Below, in pieces: positions 27,971-38,254 of a DNA stretch of 64,000 bases (within the stretch, counting starts at the first letter, position 1; every line of letters begins with the position of its first letter). The translations under genes and the position numbers were made by a program. The stretch comes from an uncultured bacterium (GTDB taxonomy: Bacteria > Patescibacteriota > Minisyncoccia > UBA6257 > 2-01-FULL-56-20). Location of the stretch: positions 208,748 through 272,747 of the forward strand of contig OY970175.1 in the NCBI GenBank assembly GCA_963707865.1, written 5' to 3'. The notes beneath the pieces were generated by a model that did not search any database, was not told the DNA's origin, and worked only from the letters and a program-made list of their open reading frames with translations.

Positions 27971-29223
27971 GAATTATTATATACCTTTCCGCCGACGATG
28001 TTGTGGATGACGCTGCCCGGGAACCTCATGCCCTCAAACGGCGACCAGCCGCACTTTGTTTTTAGATCTTCCTGTCGGACCGTCATGGGGAGGTCCGGAT
28101 TTATAATGGTGAATGAACCATAGTAGCCCTCCGCGATCACACCGAATCCCTTTCCATATTTTTTCGGGAGGTAGGGATTTACGAAATTGCCCGGGTTGAA
28201 CGCGGAAACGCGGGCGATGTCCTGTGGTGTGAATTTGTGCTCGCGCATGAGCCACGCCGTGAAGGGACCGTAGGTATCAAGATGCGGCATGCCGGAAGTG
28301 CCTTTCATTTTTTCTTCTTTTGTGTGCGGCGCATGATCGGTTGCAAGAAAATCAATGCCGCCCGTGCGCAGAAGCTCAATGAGCGCGTTTCGATCTGCGG
28401 GATTCGTACGCAGGGCCGGGTTTACCTGGAGCCAACGCCGCTTCTCGTCGCTCACCGACGCAGCGTCAAAATAAAGATGGTGCGGCGCGATCTCGCAGGT
28501 TACCGACACGCCGCGCTGTTTCGCCTCAATGATCTTCCGCACGGCGGAAAGCGTGGATGCATGGCATATTTTCCCCGCAAGATCGTATTTTTGAATGAGG
28601 GCGAGCGCAAAATCAACGGCGATGATTTCTGCCTCGGGCGAGCGGCGCAGTTCGTGCGTCGATTCGTGTTCGTGCGCCTTGAGCGCCGCGGGATCTTCGC
28701 AGTGGAAGCTAATATTTTGGCCGCGATAGTGCGCGAGGGACGCCTCCAACTCCTCTTGTGACGTAAAAAAGAGATCTCCCACCGACGGTCCCATGAAGAC
28801 CTTGTAGGGGACAGGGAACGAGAGCGGTTTTGTCTTTGGTCCAATGCCACCGTAGAGGACGACGGGCACAAGCGATCGCCCGGCAATCTTTTCCTTTTCG
28901 CGGTAACGTTCATCCGTTACGGGCGCCACGGGATTGTTCGGCATTTCGGCGAAGAACGTAACGCCGCCACGGATCGCCGCCTCTGATGCCGTTCGGAAGG
29001 TCTCTTTGTATGATTGCGTGCCGCCCGCGTCCTCGCGCGCATGCACGTGGATGTCGCCGAAGCCGGGGAAAATGAGGCAGCCCGTGGTGTCTATTTCCGA
29101 TTTTGATGGGCCCCGTGCACGGCTCACGTGCTCTATCAATCCTGTTGCGCGGTTCACGTCCACCCGCCCATCAAATTCTCCGTCGTGATTAATGAATTTT
29201 CCGTCCAAAACAAGCGCGTTCAT
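27967..29223 (-). CDS. pyrC: Dihydroorotase
   Basis: DIHVHARE, EMPN, HCED, ATDHAPH, KTKCGWSPFEG. Confidence 0.9.
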   Translation of the reverse strand: MNALVLDGKFINHDGEFDGRVDVNRATGLIEHVSRARGPSKSEIDTTGCLIFPGFGDIHVHAREDAGGTQSYKETFRTASEAAIRGGVTFFAEMPNNPVAPVTDERYREKEKIAGRSLVPVVLYGGIGPKTKPLSFPVPYKVFMGPSVGDLFFTSQEELEASLAHYRGQNISFHCEDPAALKAHEHESTHELRRSPEAEIIAVDFALALIQKYDLAGKICHASTLSAVRKIIEAKQRGVSVTCEIAPHHLYFDAASVSDEKRRWLQVNPALRTNPADRNALIELLRTGGIDFLATDHAPHTKEEKMKGTSGMPHLDTYGPFTAWLMREHKFTPQDIARVSAFNPGNFVNPYLPKKYGKGFGVIAEGYYGSFTIINPDLPMTVRQEDLKTKCGWSPFEGMRFPGSVIHNIVGGKVYNNS

Positions 29224-30305
29224 TTGTTTTTTATGCCGACCGCTTCTTTGATAGACGAAAGGCCGTCCCGTTCAAGAAGTTTCACAAGGCCTTTTTTGAT
29301 TTTCTTTACAAGCCCCGGTCCTTCATAAACAAGGCCGGTATAGAGTTCCACAAGCGAGGCTCCCGCCTGTATTTTCTCATACGCATCCTCTGCCGAAAAG
29401 ATGCCGCCCACGCCCACGAGCGGAATGGTTCCGTGAGATCTTTTATAAAGATAGCGGATGATCTCGTTCGCGCGCTCCTGGAGGGGGCGCCCGCTTAATC
29501 CGCCGGCACCAAGGGCAGCCACTGCTGCCTCCGGGGTTCCAAGATTGACGCGGGCAACTGTCGTATTTGTCGCGATGATGCCGCTCGTGCCGGTTTCGCG
29601 GACGATGTCCACAACGTCGTCCAGCTGCCCCTCCGTGAGATCAGGCGCAATCTTCAAAAGGATCGGTTTTTGATTTTTCGCATCGCGGTTAAGTTTTTGC
29701 AGTACTTTCAAAAGTTTCATAAGGGCATCTTTTTCCTGCAATGCGCGAAGGCCCGGCGTATTGGGGGAGCTGACATTCACTGCGATGTAGTCGGCGAGGG
29801 GGGAAAGTGCGCGGAAGCATGTTTCGTAATCATCCACTGCGTTTTCGTTTGGCGTGACTTTGTTTTTGCCGATGTTCACACCAAGCACGCAGTCCCGTTT
29901 TCCCGCGCATGCCATAAGATTGTTTTTCGCCGTCTCAACGCCGTTCCCATTGAATCCCATCCGGTTGATGATCGCCCCATCTTTGGGAAGACGGAAAAGG
30001 CGCGGCTTGGGATTGCCCGCTTGGGGCCGCGGCGTGATGGTACCTACTTCAACGAATCCAAAGCCGAGCGCGGAGAGTGCGGGAACGATCTCGGCATTCT
30101 TGTCAAACCCTGCGGCAAGGCCGACGGGATTTTTGAACGAGAGACCAAAAACGTTCATACGGAGCCGCTCGTCCTCAAATGCGTAGAGAGACCTCAAAAT
30201 TTCGCGAAAAGGGGAATATCCGAAACCTCTTCCGAGTGCGTGGGCCCTCATATGCGACACTTCGGCATCCGGCAGAAAAAGGAATGGCCTCACGAGCTTA
30301 TACAT
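29220..30305 (-). CDS. pyrD: Dihydroorotate dehydrogenase, class 2 (quinone)
   Basis: GLAAGFDKN, NRMGFN, NVSSPNTPGLR, KIAPD, GGLSG. Confidence 0.95.
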   Translation of the reverse strand: MYKLVRPFLFLPDAEVSHMRAHALGRGFGYSPFREILRSLYAFEDERLRMNVFGLSFKNPVGLAAGFDKNAEIVPALSALGFGFVEVGTITPRPQAGNPKPRLFRLPKDGAIINRMGFNGNGVETAKNNLMACAGKRDCVLGVNIGKNKVTPNENAVDDYETCFRALSPLADYIAVNVSSPNTPGLRALQEKDALMKLLKVLQKLNRDAKNQKPILLKIAPDLTEGQLDDVVDIVRETGTSGIIATNTTVARVNLGTPEAAVAALGAGGLSGRPLQERANEIIRYLYKRSHGTIPLVGVGGIFSAEDAYEKIQAGASLVELYTGLVYEGPGLVKKIKKGLVKLLERDGLSSIKEAVGIKNK

Positions 30306-30319
30306 GGGACAAGTGGATG

Positions 30320-31117
30320 TTATCGGAACGCATTGATGGCGTCCTTTAATTGCTTAGTTTCCCGTGCGGGATCTTTTGCAAAGATGATACCGCGGGAGGA
30401 GTTCACGATCATGCCTTTCTTCTTGGTGTTCAAGCCCGCCCTTACCATCTTTTCAATATCGCCGCCCTGGGGGCCCACGCCGGGCACGAGGAAGGTCATA
30501 TCTCCCATTAGCTTTCGGAGTGCCGCCATCTCTTCCGGATATGTCGCGCCCACGACGAGCAGGCAATTCCCGCTTTCGTTCCATTCGTCCCGTACCTTTT
30601 CCGCGATGATTTGCCACAACGGTTTCCCACCGATTGTGAGGTCCTGCACCTCGCGCGCCCCGGGGTTGGAAGTGCGGCAAAGGATAATGCACCCTTTGTC
30701 TTTTCGCTTAAGAAATGGCGCGAGCGGTTCCTTTCCGAGATAAGGAGAGAGCGTAACGGCATCAAAGCCGAACCAGTCAAAGAGCTCCCTTGCATACTGT
30801 TCGTTCGTGTTTACGGTGTCTCCGCGCTTGGCGTCGCAAATGGTCACGATATCAGGATAGTTTTTTTGTATATATTCCATGGTGAGCTTCAGTTCGCTCA
30901 TTCCCTCCTCGCCGCGAGATTCGTAAAATGCGATGTTCGGTTTGTAGGCGGCAACGTCCTGATGGGTAAGGTCAATAATATATTTGTTGAACGCAAACTG
31001 CGGGAATTTTTCCTTGTGGAAGGAGGCAGGGATCTGCTCAAAATCGGAATCCAACCCGACGCAGACAAGCGATTGCGCCGCGTCCGCGCGAAGGTTGTAC
31101 TTTTGAACCATATTCAT
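30320..31117 (-). CDS. pyrF: Orotidine-5'-phosphate decarboxylase
   Basis: CVGLD, KPNIAFYE, DAKRGD, LVPGVGPQGG, NSSR. Confidence 0.93.
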   Translation of the reverse strand: MNMVQKYNLRADAAQSLVCVGLDSDFEQIPASFHKEKFPQFAFNKYIIDLTHQDVAAYKPNIAFYESRGEEGMSELKLTMEYIQKNYPDIVTICDAKRGDTVNTNEQYARELFDWFGFDAVTLSPYLGKEPLAPFLKRKDKGCIILCRTSNPGAREVQDLTIGGKPLWQIIAEKVRDEWNESGNCLLVVGATYPEEMAALRKLMGDMTFLVPGVGPQGGDIEKMVRAGLNTKKKGMIVNSSRGIIFAKDPARETKQLKDAINAFR

Positions 31118-31129
31118 GGAGTTGAGCGG

Positions 31130-31822
31130 TTAAAATTTCAGCGGCTGCTCGCCATATTTTTCAAATGCATTTTCCAGTTCCTTTTTTATAAAATCGCTCG
31201 GCTGGAGTTTGCGGAGCAGCTTGGGCAAAAACGCTTTTGCGTCCGTAAGGGCGTAATAGGGAATATTTTTTTCTTTGAGCGCCTGGGCGACCGTGGCGCC
31301 GTCGTCGCGCTTTTCGTTGCGGTGGGTAAGTGCGATGGCGGCGACAATGTTTACTTTTGCCTCAAGCAGGTCGTCCGCGGTTTTGAGCAGCGAGCCGCCA
31401 GTGGTGACGGCATCCTCCAAAACAATAGTTTTCCCCGAGGGAACGCCGACAAAGTGCCGGTCCTTGACTTCGCCGTGATCCTTCGGCTTGCCGCGGCCCA
31501 TTGCAAGCGGATACGACCGGGTTTTGTAATCCGGTTGCCCTTTCGCCCATTTGTATTGCGTGAGGACCCCGAGCTTCGTCGCGCCCTCCGGGACTCCGTA
31601 AAAACAATCGGGCGAGAGTCCCAAATCTTCCACAAAAGCGATCACGTAATCGGTGAGCTCGTCCATGGAGCGCACATCTCCGGCGACCGTCCGCCAGTTT
31701 GCATACCACGGAGAAAACCGCCCTGATACCAATTTGATCGGTGTCTCGTAAAATCCAGCCACGTCGTGCTCTAACATGAAGGCTTCAAACGCTTGTTGGT
31801 CAAAGTTGCGTCCACGGTCCAT
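31130..31822 (-). CDS. pyrE: Orotate phosphoribosyltransferase
   Basis: LVSGRFS, RGKPKDHG, VLEDAVTTGGS; TATACT 7 nt before ATG. Confidence 0.85.
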   Translation of the reverse strand: MDRGRNFDQQAFEAFMLEHDVAGFYETPIKLVSGRFSPWYANWRTVAGDVRSMDELTDYVIAFVEDLGLSPDCFYGVPEGATKLGVLTQYKWAKGQPDYKTRSYPLAMGRGKPKDHGEVKDRHFVGVPSGKTIVLEDAVTTGGSLLKTADDLLEAKVNIVAAIALTHRNEKRDDGATVAQALKEKNIPYYALTDAKAFLPKLLRKLQPSDFIKKELENAFEKYGEQPLKF

Positions 31823-31896
31823 TGAACTAAGTATACAAAACTGGCGTAATTGCAAAAAGTTAGCACCAGGTGTAGTTTGCTTACAGGGGGTGTGCC

Positions 31897-32067
31897 ATGA
31901 CAAGAGAAGAACGGAAAAAAGAGCAGCAAGTTGAGGCAAGGTTGCGGGAGCAACGCAGGGTAATGGAAGCATATTCTCAAGCAGTGGCCAATGGGGATTT
32001 CGCGAAAACCAAAGAGCTTGTTACGAAAGGTCTTGGGATAGGAATTTCACTTGGGCGTCTCCGATGA
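31897..32067 (+). CDS. 56-aa hypothetical protein (not in ORF track)
   Basis: MTREERKKEQQVEARLREQRR...; AGGGGG SD-like upstream. Confidence 0.4.
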   Translation: MTREERKKEQQVEARLREQRRVMEAYSQAVANGDFAKTKELVTKGLGIGISLGRLR

Positions 32068-32220
32068 GATCTCAAGACTTTTACCTCGCCTTGGAATGCT
32101 CCCGAGTGGAAGGGCGGGCAATGGATATTTTCTCCACCTGCACCGCCCTCCAAACCTGAATTCACAAACACGTTGCGGATTGAGGTTTGGAAAGAATCGC
32201 ACAGAGAGAGTCGTCTTGGC

Positions 32221-35200
32221 TTATTTCTGTTTTCTCGTCCCAAGATACTCCTGCCAGGAGCGGATTGCGATGTCGCGGAGGCCGTAGGTCACACGGGCGC
32301 GAACAAAAGCTCTCGCAAGCTGGAGGTCGGTGAAGAGAGGAATATTGGTGTCCACGGCGGCGCGGCGGATGAGGTAGCCGTCGGTCCGCCGCAGGCGCGA
32401 TTCCTTGGAGTGATTTTCGTGATTGCTCACATTTACGACAAAAGCAATCTTTTTTTTCTGGATAAGTGCGAGCGCGTTCGGACTTTTCCCTTCGCTTACC
32501 TTATATATCCGCGTCGCACGGATGCCGCGATGATTGAGAAACTCGGTGGTGCCCTGGGTGGCATACAGGGTGAAACCATTTGTGGCGAGGGCCTTTGCCG
32601 ATTCCAGAAACTCCCTCTTATTGGACCCTCCGCCGAGCGAGACGAACGCGCTTTCCGCTTCGCTCAAGGGCATGCTCGCCGCGACGGAGGTAAGCAGCGC
32701 CTCTTCGAGATCGCGACCGAAGCAGGCAACCTCGCCAGTGGAGGCCATTTCCACATGGAGGACCGGGTCGGAACCCGGGAGACGGCCAAAGGAAAACTGC
32801 GGCGACTTTACGACTGCGTATTTGGGATAGTGAAGAGTGATGCTACGCGCATGCCCGTAGAATGCGTCCACGATCATGTCGGCAAAATTCACGCCGCTTG
32901 CTTTGCTGATGAAGGGAAACGTGCGGGATGCCCGTGCGTTGAGCTCTATCACGTATACTTTATTGTCTTTCACGAGACATTGCAGGTTGAAGGGGCCGGT
33001 GATGCGGAGCGCGCGGGCGAGTTTTACGGAAACGGTTTGGATCTCATTCGCGGTCTTTGCGTACACCTTCTGCGGCGGATAGACGATGGTGGCGTCGCCG
33101 GAGTGGACGCCCGCGTTCTCAATATGCTCGGCGATCGCGGAAACTTTGATAATTCCGTTCTGCGCGACCGCATCAAATTCTATTTCTTTTGCGCCGAGGA
33201 TGAATTTGGAGATTGTCACCGGGTGGTCATGGTTCAAAAGGATTGCGCGTTCCACGAATTGCTTGAGCTCCGCCGCGTCGGCACACACGCGCATGGCGCT
33301 TCCCGAGAGCACGTACGAGGGCCGGACAAGCACGGGATAGCCGACTTTCTCAGCGAAATGCGCGGCAGCTTTCACGGTAGTGAAGGTGTCCCACTCCGGC
33401 TGGGCGATTTTTAGCGAATCAAGCAGCGCCGAGAATTTGCTGCGATCTTCGGCGCGATCAATATCATGCGGGTTGGTGCCCATGATTGGCACATGGAGCG
33501 CCGATAATTTCTGAACAATATTATTAGGCGCCTGGCCGCCGACCGAAACCACGACCCCCGCCGCACGTTCAAATTCGTAAATGTCTGCAACCGATTCCAA
33601 GCTCACGTTTTCAAAATAGAGACGGTCGGAAATGTCGTAATCAGTGGAGACCGTCTCGGGATTGCAGTTTACGATCACTGCCCGCTTATCGTGTTTTTTG
33701 AGTGCGAGGGCAGTGTGCACTGCCGACCAGTCAAACTCTACCGAGGAGCCGATGTGATAAGGCCCCGAGCCAAGTACCATAACGCTCTTTTTGCCGAGTG
33801 GTGCGACGTCGTTGTGAAAACCATTATAAGTGAGATAGAGGTAGTTCGTCCGCGCGGGAACTTCGCCCGCGAGCGTGTCAATCTGAAACACCGACGGCAC
33901 GACGCGGAACCTTTTTCTCACCGCGCGGATCTGCATTTCGGCAGCTCCGCGAAGGTGGCCGATGCGCGAGTCGGAAAAGCCGAACTGTTTCGCGCGGAGA
34001 AGCTTGTCCTTCGTGAGCCCTCCGCCTTTTATTTCCTTTTCCGTCCGGACGATGTTCTGAATGCGATAAAGGAACCAGGGATCAATGCCCGTCAATTGGT
34101 AAATAGTTTTCGGTGAGATCCCGGCGCGAAGTCCCGCTGCGATCGCAAAGAGCCGGTGGGGGGTAGGTATCTTAAGGCGCCGCACGAGAGGGACGCTTGC
34201 TTCGCCCGGCACTTCGTCCGTCACGCCTTGGAGGTGAAGGTGGAGCATGCGGACTGCTTTTTGAATAGCCTCCTCAAATGTCCGCCCGATCGCCATCACT
34301 TCGCCCACCGATTTCATGGCACTCGTGATGGTCTCCTCGGCGCGCGCGAACTTGCTTATGTCCCAGCGGGGGATCTTCACGACCACATAGTCCAGCGCCG
34401 GTTCAAAGAACGACTGCGTCACTTTCGTGATCTGGTTCGGTATGTTGTGAAGAGCGTGGCCCAGGGCGAGCTTCGCCGCAACGTAGGCGAGGGGATAGCC
34501 GGTCGCCTTTGAGGCAAGCGCGGAAGACCGCGAGAGCCGCGCATTCACTTCAATCACATAGTAATCAAGCGATCCGTTCTTTGGTTTTGGATTCAGCGCA
34601 AACTGGACGTTGCACTCGCCGACGATCCCCAGGCTTTTCACGATTTTGATTGATGCCGCGCGCAGCTCGTGATACTCGGTGTTCGTAAGCGTCTGGCTCG
34701 GTGCGATGACGATGGAATCGCCGGTATGGATGCCCAAAGGATCCATGTTTTCCATATTGCAGACCGTAACGCAGTTATCATATTTGTCGCGCACCACTTC
34801 GTATTCAATTTCTTTATAATGATGCAGATATTTTTCAACCAGCACCTGCGGTGAGAGGGCAAGCGCTCCCGAAACAATGGTGCGGAGTTCTCGGCTGTTT
34901 TTTGCGACGCCGGACTTCTGTCCTCCGAGCGCGAAGGCTGCTCGCACCATAACCGGGAAGCCGACGGCTTTCGCGATATTTTCCGCTTCGCGGATACTCG
35001 TCGCTGCGCCTGAAGGTGGCACGGGGATGTTTATCCTTTTTAAATGATCGGCAAACTTTTTTCGGTCTTCCGTAAGGATGATGCTTTTAAGGGGCGAGCC
35101 CAGCACTTCAATGCCGTATTTTTTGAGGATGCCGCGCTCGCCAAGGCGCACGCCGCAGTTCAGGGCCGTTTGCCCGCCAAATGCGAGCGCGATGCCTTGC

Positions 35201-35454
35201 GGACGTTCTTTCTTGATTATTTTTTCCACGAAATAATCCGTGACTGGCAGGAAATAAATTTTGTCCGCGAGGAGCGGCGAGGTCTGGATCGTCGCAATGT
35301 TGGGATTCACGAGCACGGTCACAAGCCCCGCTTCCTTGAATGCTTTCATTGCCTGTGAGCCGGAGTAGTCAAATTCGCCCGCTTCGCCGATCTTGAGCGC
35401 GCCGGAGCCGAGTACCAGGACCTTCTTGATTTTCTTCTGATTTGTGCGCGCCAT
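32221..35454 (-). CDS. carB: Carbamoyl-phosphate synthase large subunit
   Basis: GEFDYSGSQA, two ATP-grasp halves (IEVNARLSRSS, IELNARASRT), MGS domain. Confidence 0.95.
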   Translation of the reverse strand: MARTNQKKIKKVLVLGSGALKIGEAGEFDYSGSQAMKAFKEAGLVTVLVNPNIATIQTSPLLADKIYFLPVTDYFVEKIIKKERPQGIALAFGGQTALNCGVRLGERGILKKYGIEVLGSPLKSIILTEDRKKFADHLKRINIPVPPSGAATSIREAENIAKAVGFPVMVRAAFALGGQKSGVAKNSRELRTIVSGALALSPQVLVEKYLHHYKEIEYEVVRDKYDNCVTVCNMENMDPLGIHTGDSIVIAPSQTLTNTEYHELRAASIKIVKSLGIVGECNVQFALNPKPKNGSLDYYVIEVNARLSRSSALASKATGYPLAYVAAKLALGHALHNIPNQITKVTQSFFEPALDYVVVKIPRWDISKFARAEETITSAMKSVGEVMAIGRTFEEAIQKAVRMLHLHLQGVTDEVPGEASVPLVRRLKIPTPHRLFAIAAGLRAGISPKTIYQLTGIDPWFLYRIQNIVRTEKEIKGGGLTKDKLLRAKQFGFSDSRIGHLRGAAEMQIRAVRKRFRVVPSVFQIDTLAGEVPARTNYLYLTYNGFHNDVAPLGKKSVMVLGSGPYHIGSSVEFDWSAVHTALALKKHDKRAVIVNCNPETVSTDYDISDRLYFENVSLESVADIYEFERAAGVVVSVGGQAPNNIVQKLSALHVPIMGTNPHDIDRAEDRSKFSALLDSLKIAQPEWDTFTTVKAAAHFAEKVGYPVLVRPSYVLSGSAMRVCADAAELKQFVERAILLNHDHPVTISKFILGAKEIEFDAVAQNGIIKVSAIAEHIENAGVHSGDATIVYPPQKVYAKTANEIQTVSVKLARALRITGPFNLQCLVKDNKVYVIELNARASRTFPFISKASGVNFADMIVDAFYGHARSITLHYPKYAVVKSPQFSFGRLPGSDPVLHVEMASTGEVACFGRDLEEALLTSVAASMPLSEAESAFVSLGGGSNKREFLESAKALATNGFTLYATQGTTEFLNHRGIRATRIYKVSEGKSPNALALIQKKKIAFVVNVSNHENHSKESRLRRTDGYLIRRAAVDTNIPLFTDLQLARAFVRARVTYGLRDIAIRSWQEYLGTRKQK

Positions 35455-35461
35455 GTTTTGG

Positions 35462-36511
35462 TTATCGTTGGCGGACATGTTCCAGGAAGTAATCAAAAAT
35501 CCAGCCCGTATCCAATGGACCCGGGCTTGCTTCTGGATGAAACTGTACGGACATAAAGGGCAAGCGCTCGTGGATCAGGCCCTCGTTTGTGCGGTCGTTC
35601 GCGTTCACGAACCACGGGCGGAAGCCGCGCGGGATCCTTTTCACGGCAAAGCCATGATTCTGGGTCGTGAGATACGAGCGGTTGGTGCCCACAAGCCGGC
35701 ATGGCTGGTTCTGGCCCCGGTGCCCGAACTTGAGCTTGTAGGTGGTACCGCCGGCGGCGAGTGCCAAGATTTGGTTGCCGAGGCAGATGCCCAGCATCGG
35801 CACTTTTCGGAGAAGCGCCTCGTGGACGTTCGCGATAGTGGCGCGGGCCATCATAGGATCGCCCGGGCCGTTTGAGATCACAATAGCGTCAAAGGCGGGC
35901 GCACCCTTTTTAAAGATCGGATAATTCCACGGCACGGTCGTAACCCGCACGCCGCGCGCGAGCAGATTGCGACGGATATTTTCCTTCGCGCCGCAATCAA
36001 CGAGCGCAATCGTTCGTTTGCCATTGCCTTCACGAAGGACTGTCTTTATAGAAACCTCGTTCACGAGGTTCCGCCGATTTGGATCCTCAAACGGAACGTT
36101 TTTTCCGTCGATCAAAATTTTCCCGATCATCGCGCCTTCTCCCCGTAACTTTTCTGCAAGCGCACGAGTGTCTTTTATCTCAAGCGCGGGCACCCCCTCG
36201 CGCCGAAGCCATTCGCCCAAGGTCATCATGCTTGTGGGATGCGACGGCGTATCAACATACTGTGATACTACGACGCCCGCCACCTGAACCCTTTTCGATT
36301 CCCAGTGTGTTTTGTCCGGCACACCGTAGTTTCCAAGCAGGGGATAGGTGAAAATAAGAATCTGACCCGCATAGGACGGGTCAGTGAGCGATTCCGGATA
36401 TCCGACCATGCCGGTCGTAAAAACAATTTCACCGGCAATGGAAATGGGCTTGCCGAAACTTGCCCCCTCAAAAACTATGCCGTCTTTGAAAACGAGTTTT
36501 CCGCGCTTCAT
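35462..36511 (-). CDS. carA: Carbamoyl-phosphate synthase small subunit
   Basis: GYPESLTDPSY, SNGPGDP, GICLG, QNHGF, QFHPE. Confidence 0.95.
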   Translation of the reverse strand: MKRGKLVFKDGIVFEGASFGKPISIAGEIVFTTGMVGYPESLTDPSYAGQILIFTYPLLGNYGVPDKTHWESKRVQVAGVVVSQYVDTPSHPTSMMTLGEWLRREGVPALEIKDTRALAEKLRGEGAMIGKILIDGKNVPFEDPNRRNLVNEVSIKTVLREGNGKRTIALVDCGAKENIRRNLLARGVRVTTVPWNYPIFKKGAPAFDAIVISNGPGDPMMARATIANVHEALLRKVPMLGICLGNQILALAAGGTTYKLKFGHRGQNQPCRLVGTNRSYLTTQNHGFAVKRIPRGFRPWFVNANDRTNEGLIHERLPFMSVQFHPEASPGPLDTGWIFDYFLEHVRQR

Positions 36512-36627
36512 ATAAATGGGCCATCAGCCCGTTCGTACTATTGTAGCAAATGGAGCTAAGCGCCGCTATGCCGGGGGCGTTGCCGGAGCGTTGAAACGCC
36601 TGCAGTGCGCACAAGCGGCAGTCGCTA

Positions 36628-37647
36628 TCATGACGCAACGTATTTCCCTTCGCGCGCAAGAGCCGTTTCCCGTATCCGTGCCGCAAATATTTTCTGGGCT
36701 TTTTCCTTGTCGGTGTCTTTGCCCACCCATGCGTCCATTGCGGGATCCTGCAAGACGCGGCTGTAGGAAAAAGAAAGTTGCCATGGATATTCTCCCGTCT
36801 TTGCCATTGCATTCAGAACAATCGCATTCAAATTCTCGGTTGCTTCGCGAGGGGATTGGCCTCCCGAGAGGAAGACAATGCCGGGAACTTCGGCCGGTAC
36901 CGAGGCCTTGAACGCGCGAAGTGTGGCATCCGCTACTTCCTGCGGCGTCGCGTGTACAGCCGATTCTTTCCCCGGGAGCGCCATACTGCTTTTTAGGATC
37001 ATGCCCTGGAGGGAGACGCGATACTTTTTGAGTGCGGCAAAGACCGTCGTGAGCGTTCGTACGATGGTCGCTTCGGATTGGGCGAGGGTGTGGACGCCCT
37101 CAATCAACACTTCTGGCTCCACGATGGGCACGAGCCCCGCTTCCTCCGAAAGCGCGGCATATTGCGCGACGAGATACGCATTCGCTTCAAGGCATTCTGC
37201 GGTGGGAATTCCATTCCCGATCTTTATAACTGCGCGCCACTTCGTGAACCGCGCACCCATTGCCGTGTATTCCTGAAGCCGCTCTGCAAGTCCCTCCAAC
37301 CCCTCCGTCACTTTCTCTTCGGGAGAGTTTGGAAGCGTGACCATCCCTTTGTCCACCTTGATCCCGACCGCGATGCCGCGCTTCGCGAGAACCTCGCGCA
37401 AGGGAGTGCCATCAGAAGCGTTTTGCCGGATGGTTTCGTCGTAGAGAATTACGCCGCCAAGGCCCTTCTCAATTTCCGGCGCGGTAAAGAGAAGTTCGCG
37501 CCATCGCCGCCGCATTTCTTCGTTTTGCGGGATGTTGCGCGCGGCAAGGCGCTTGTCGGCAGTGCCCGTACTCTCGTCCGCCGCAAGGATGCCTTTCCCT
37601 GGCGCAAGGAGGTGCGACACGGTTTCTTGAAGTGAGCGGGTGTCCAT
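36628..37647 (-). CDS. fba: Fructose-bisphosphate aldolase class I
   Basis: GKGILAADES, KWR, IVEPE, FLSGGQ, FSYSR. Confidence 0.92.
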   Translation of the reverse strand: MDTRSLQETVSHLLAPGKGILAADESTGTADKRLAARNIPQNEEMRRRWRELLFTAPEIEKGLGGVILYDETIRQNASDGTPLREVLAKRGIAVGIKVDKGMVTLPNSPEEKVTEGLEGLAERLQEYTAMGARFTKWRAVIKIGNGIPTAECLEANAYLVAQYAALSEEAGLVPIVEPEVLIEGVHTLAQSEATIVRTLTTVFAALKKYRVSLQGMILKSSMALPGKESAVHATPQEVADATLRAFKASVPAEVPGIVFLSGGQSPREATENLNAIVLNAMAKTGEYPWQLSFSYSRVLQDPAMDAWVGKDTDKEKAQKIFAARIRETALAREGKYVAS

Positions 37648-37998
37648 GTACTCAAGTATATCAAAGATAGCCCTCAAAGAAATCAGCCGCTCATCGCCGC
37701 TACCATCGCTGCTACCTAGCTTTATTTAGCGCTGTGTCGAACCATGCGGCCGCCCCCTTGCCCTCCGACGCATTGACCCTCCTCAAATTTTTTGTCTTGA
37801 CTTGAGTAAACCGGCGGTGAGACGTATAATGAAAATGATAAAGAAATGAGAGGCGGCAAAAAAACAAAAATCAAGCGCAATCGGAAAGCGCGGCCAAAGT
37901 TTAATAGTCGGATTGTTTTCCCATCAGAAAGAAGGAGATGATACAGGAACTAAGAGATCTAGTCGAATTTCTAGTGTAGAAAACAAAATAACAAAAAC

Positions 37999-38196
37999 AT
38001 GAAAGGAACTATCAAAAGACTTACGGAGAAGGGGTTCGGATTTATTGCTCGCGAAGGCGAGACAAAAGACCTCTTCTTTCACTCGAACGAGTTGAGGGGC
38101 GTTACCTTCGATGAACTTAAGGTTGGCGATGCCGTCACCTTCGAGGTCGCCCAGAGCGACAAGGGCCCGAACGCCACGAACGTTACGCGCGCATAA
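37999..38196 (+). CDS. cspA: Cold-shock protein
   Basis: KGFGFI and DLFFH RNP motifs; long 5' UTR. Confidence 0.9.
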   Translation: MKGTIKRLTEKGFGFIAREGETKDLFFHSNELRGVTFDELKVGDAVTFEVAQSDKGPNATNVTRA

Positions 38197-38210
38197 CGCA
38201 TTGGTTTTAC

Positions 38211-38243
38211 AAAAGACCGCCGCAGAGAACCGGCGGTTTTTTT
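38211..38243 (+). terminator. Intrinsic terminator
   Basis: ACCGCCG...CGGCGGT followed by a T-run. Confidence 0.75.
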
Positions 38244-38254
38244 AGTATCCGCAA

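Noticed and set aside
10261-33414. Long antisense ORFs (10261-11418, 29670-30743, 30611-31726, 32173-33414 and similar)
   Set aside because: Shadow frames of well-supported genes in GC-rich DNA, with no recognisable motifs
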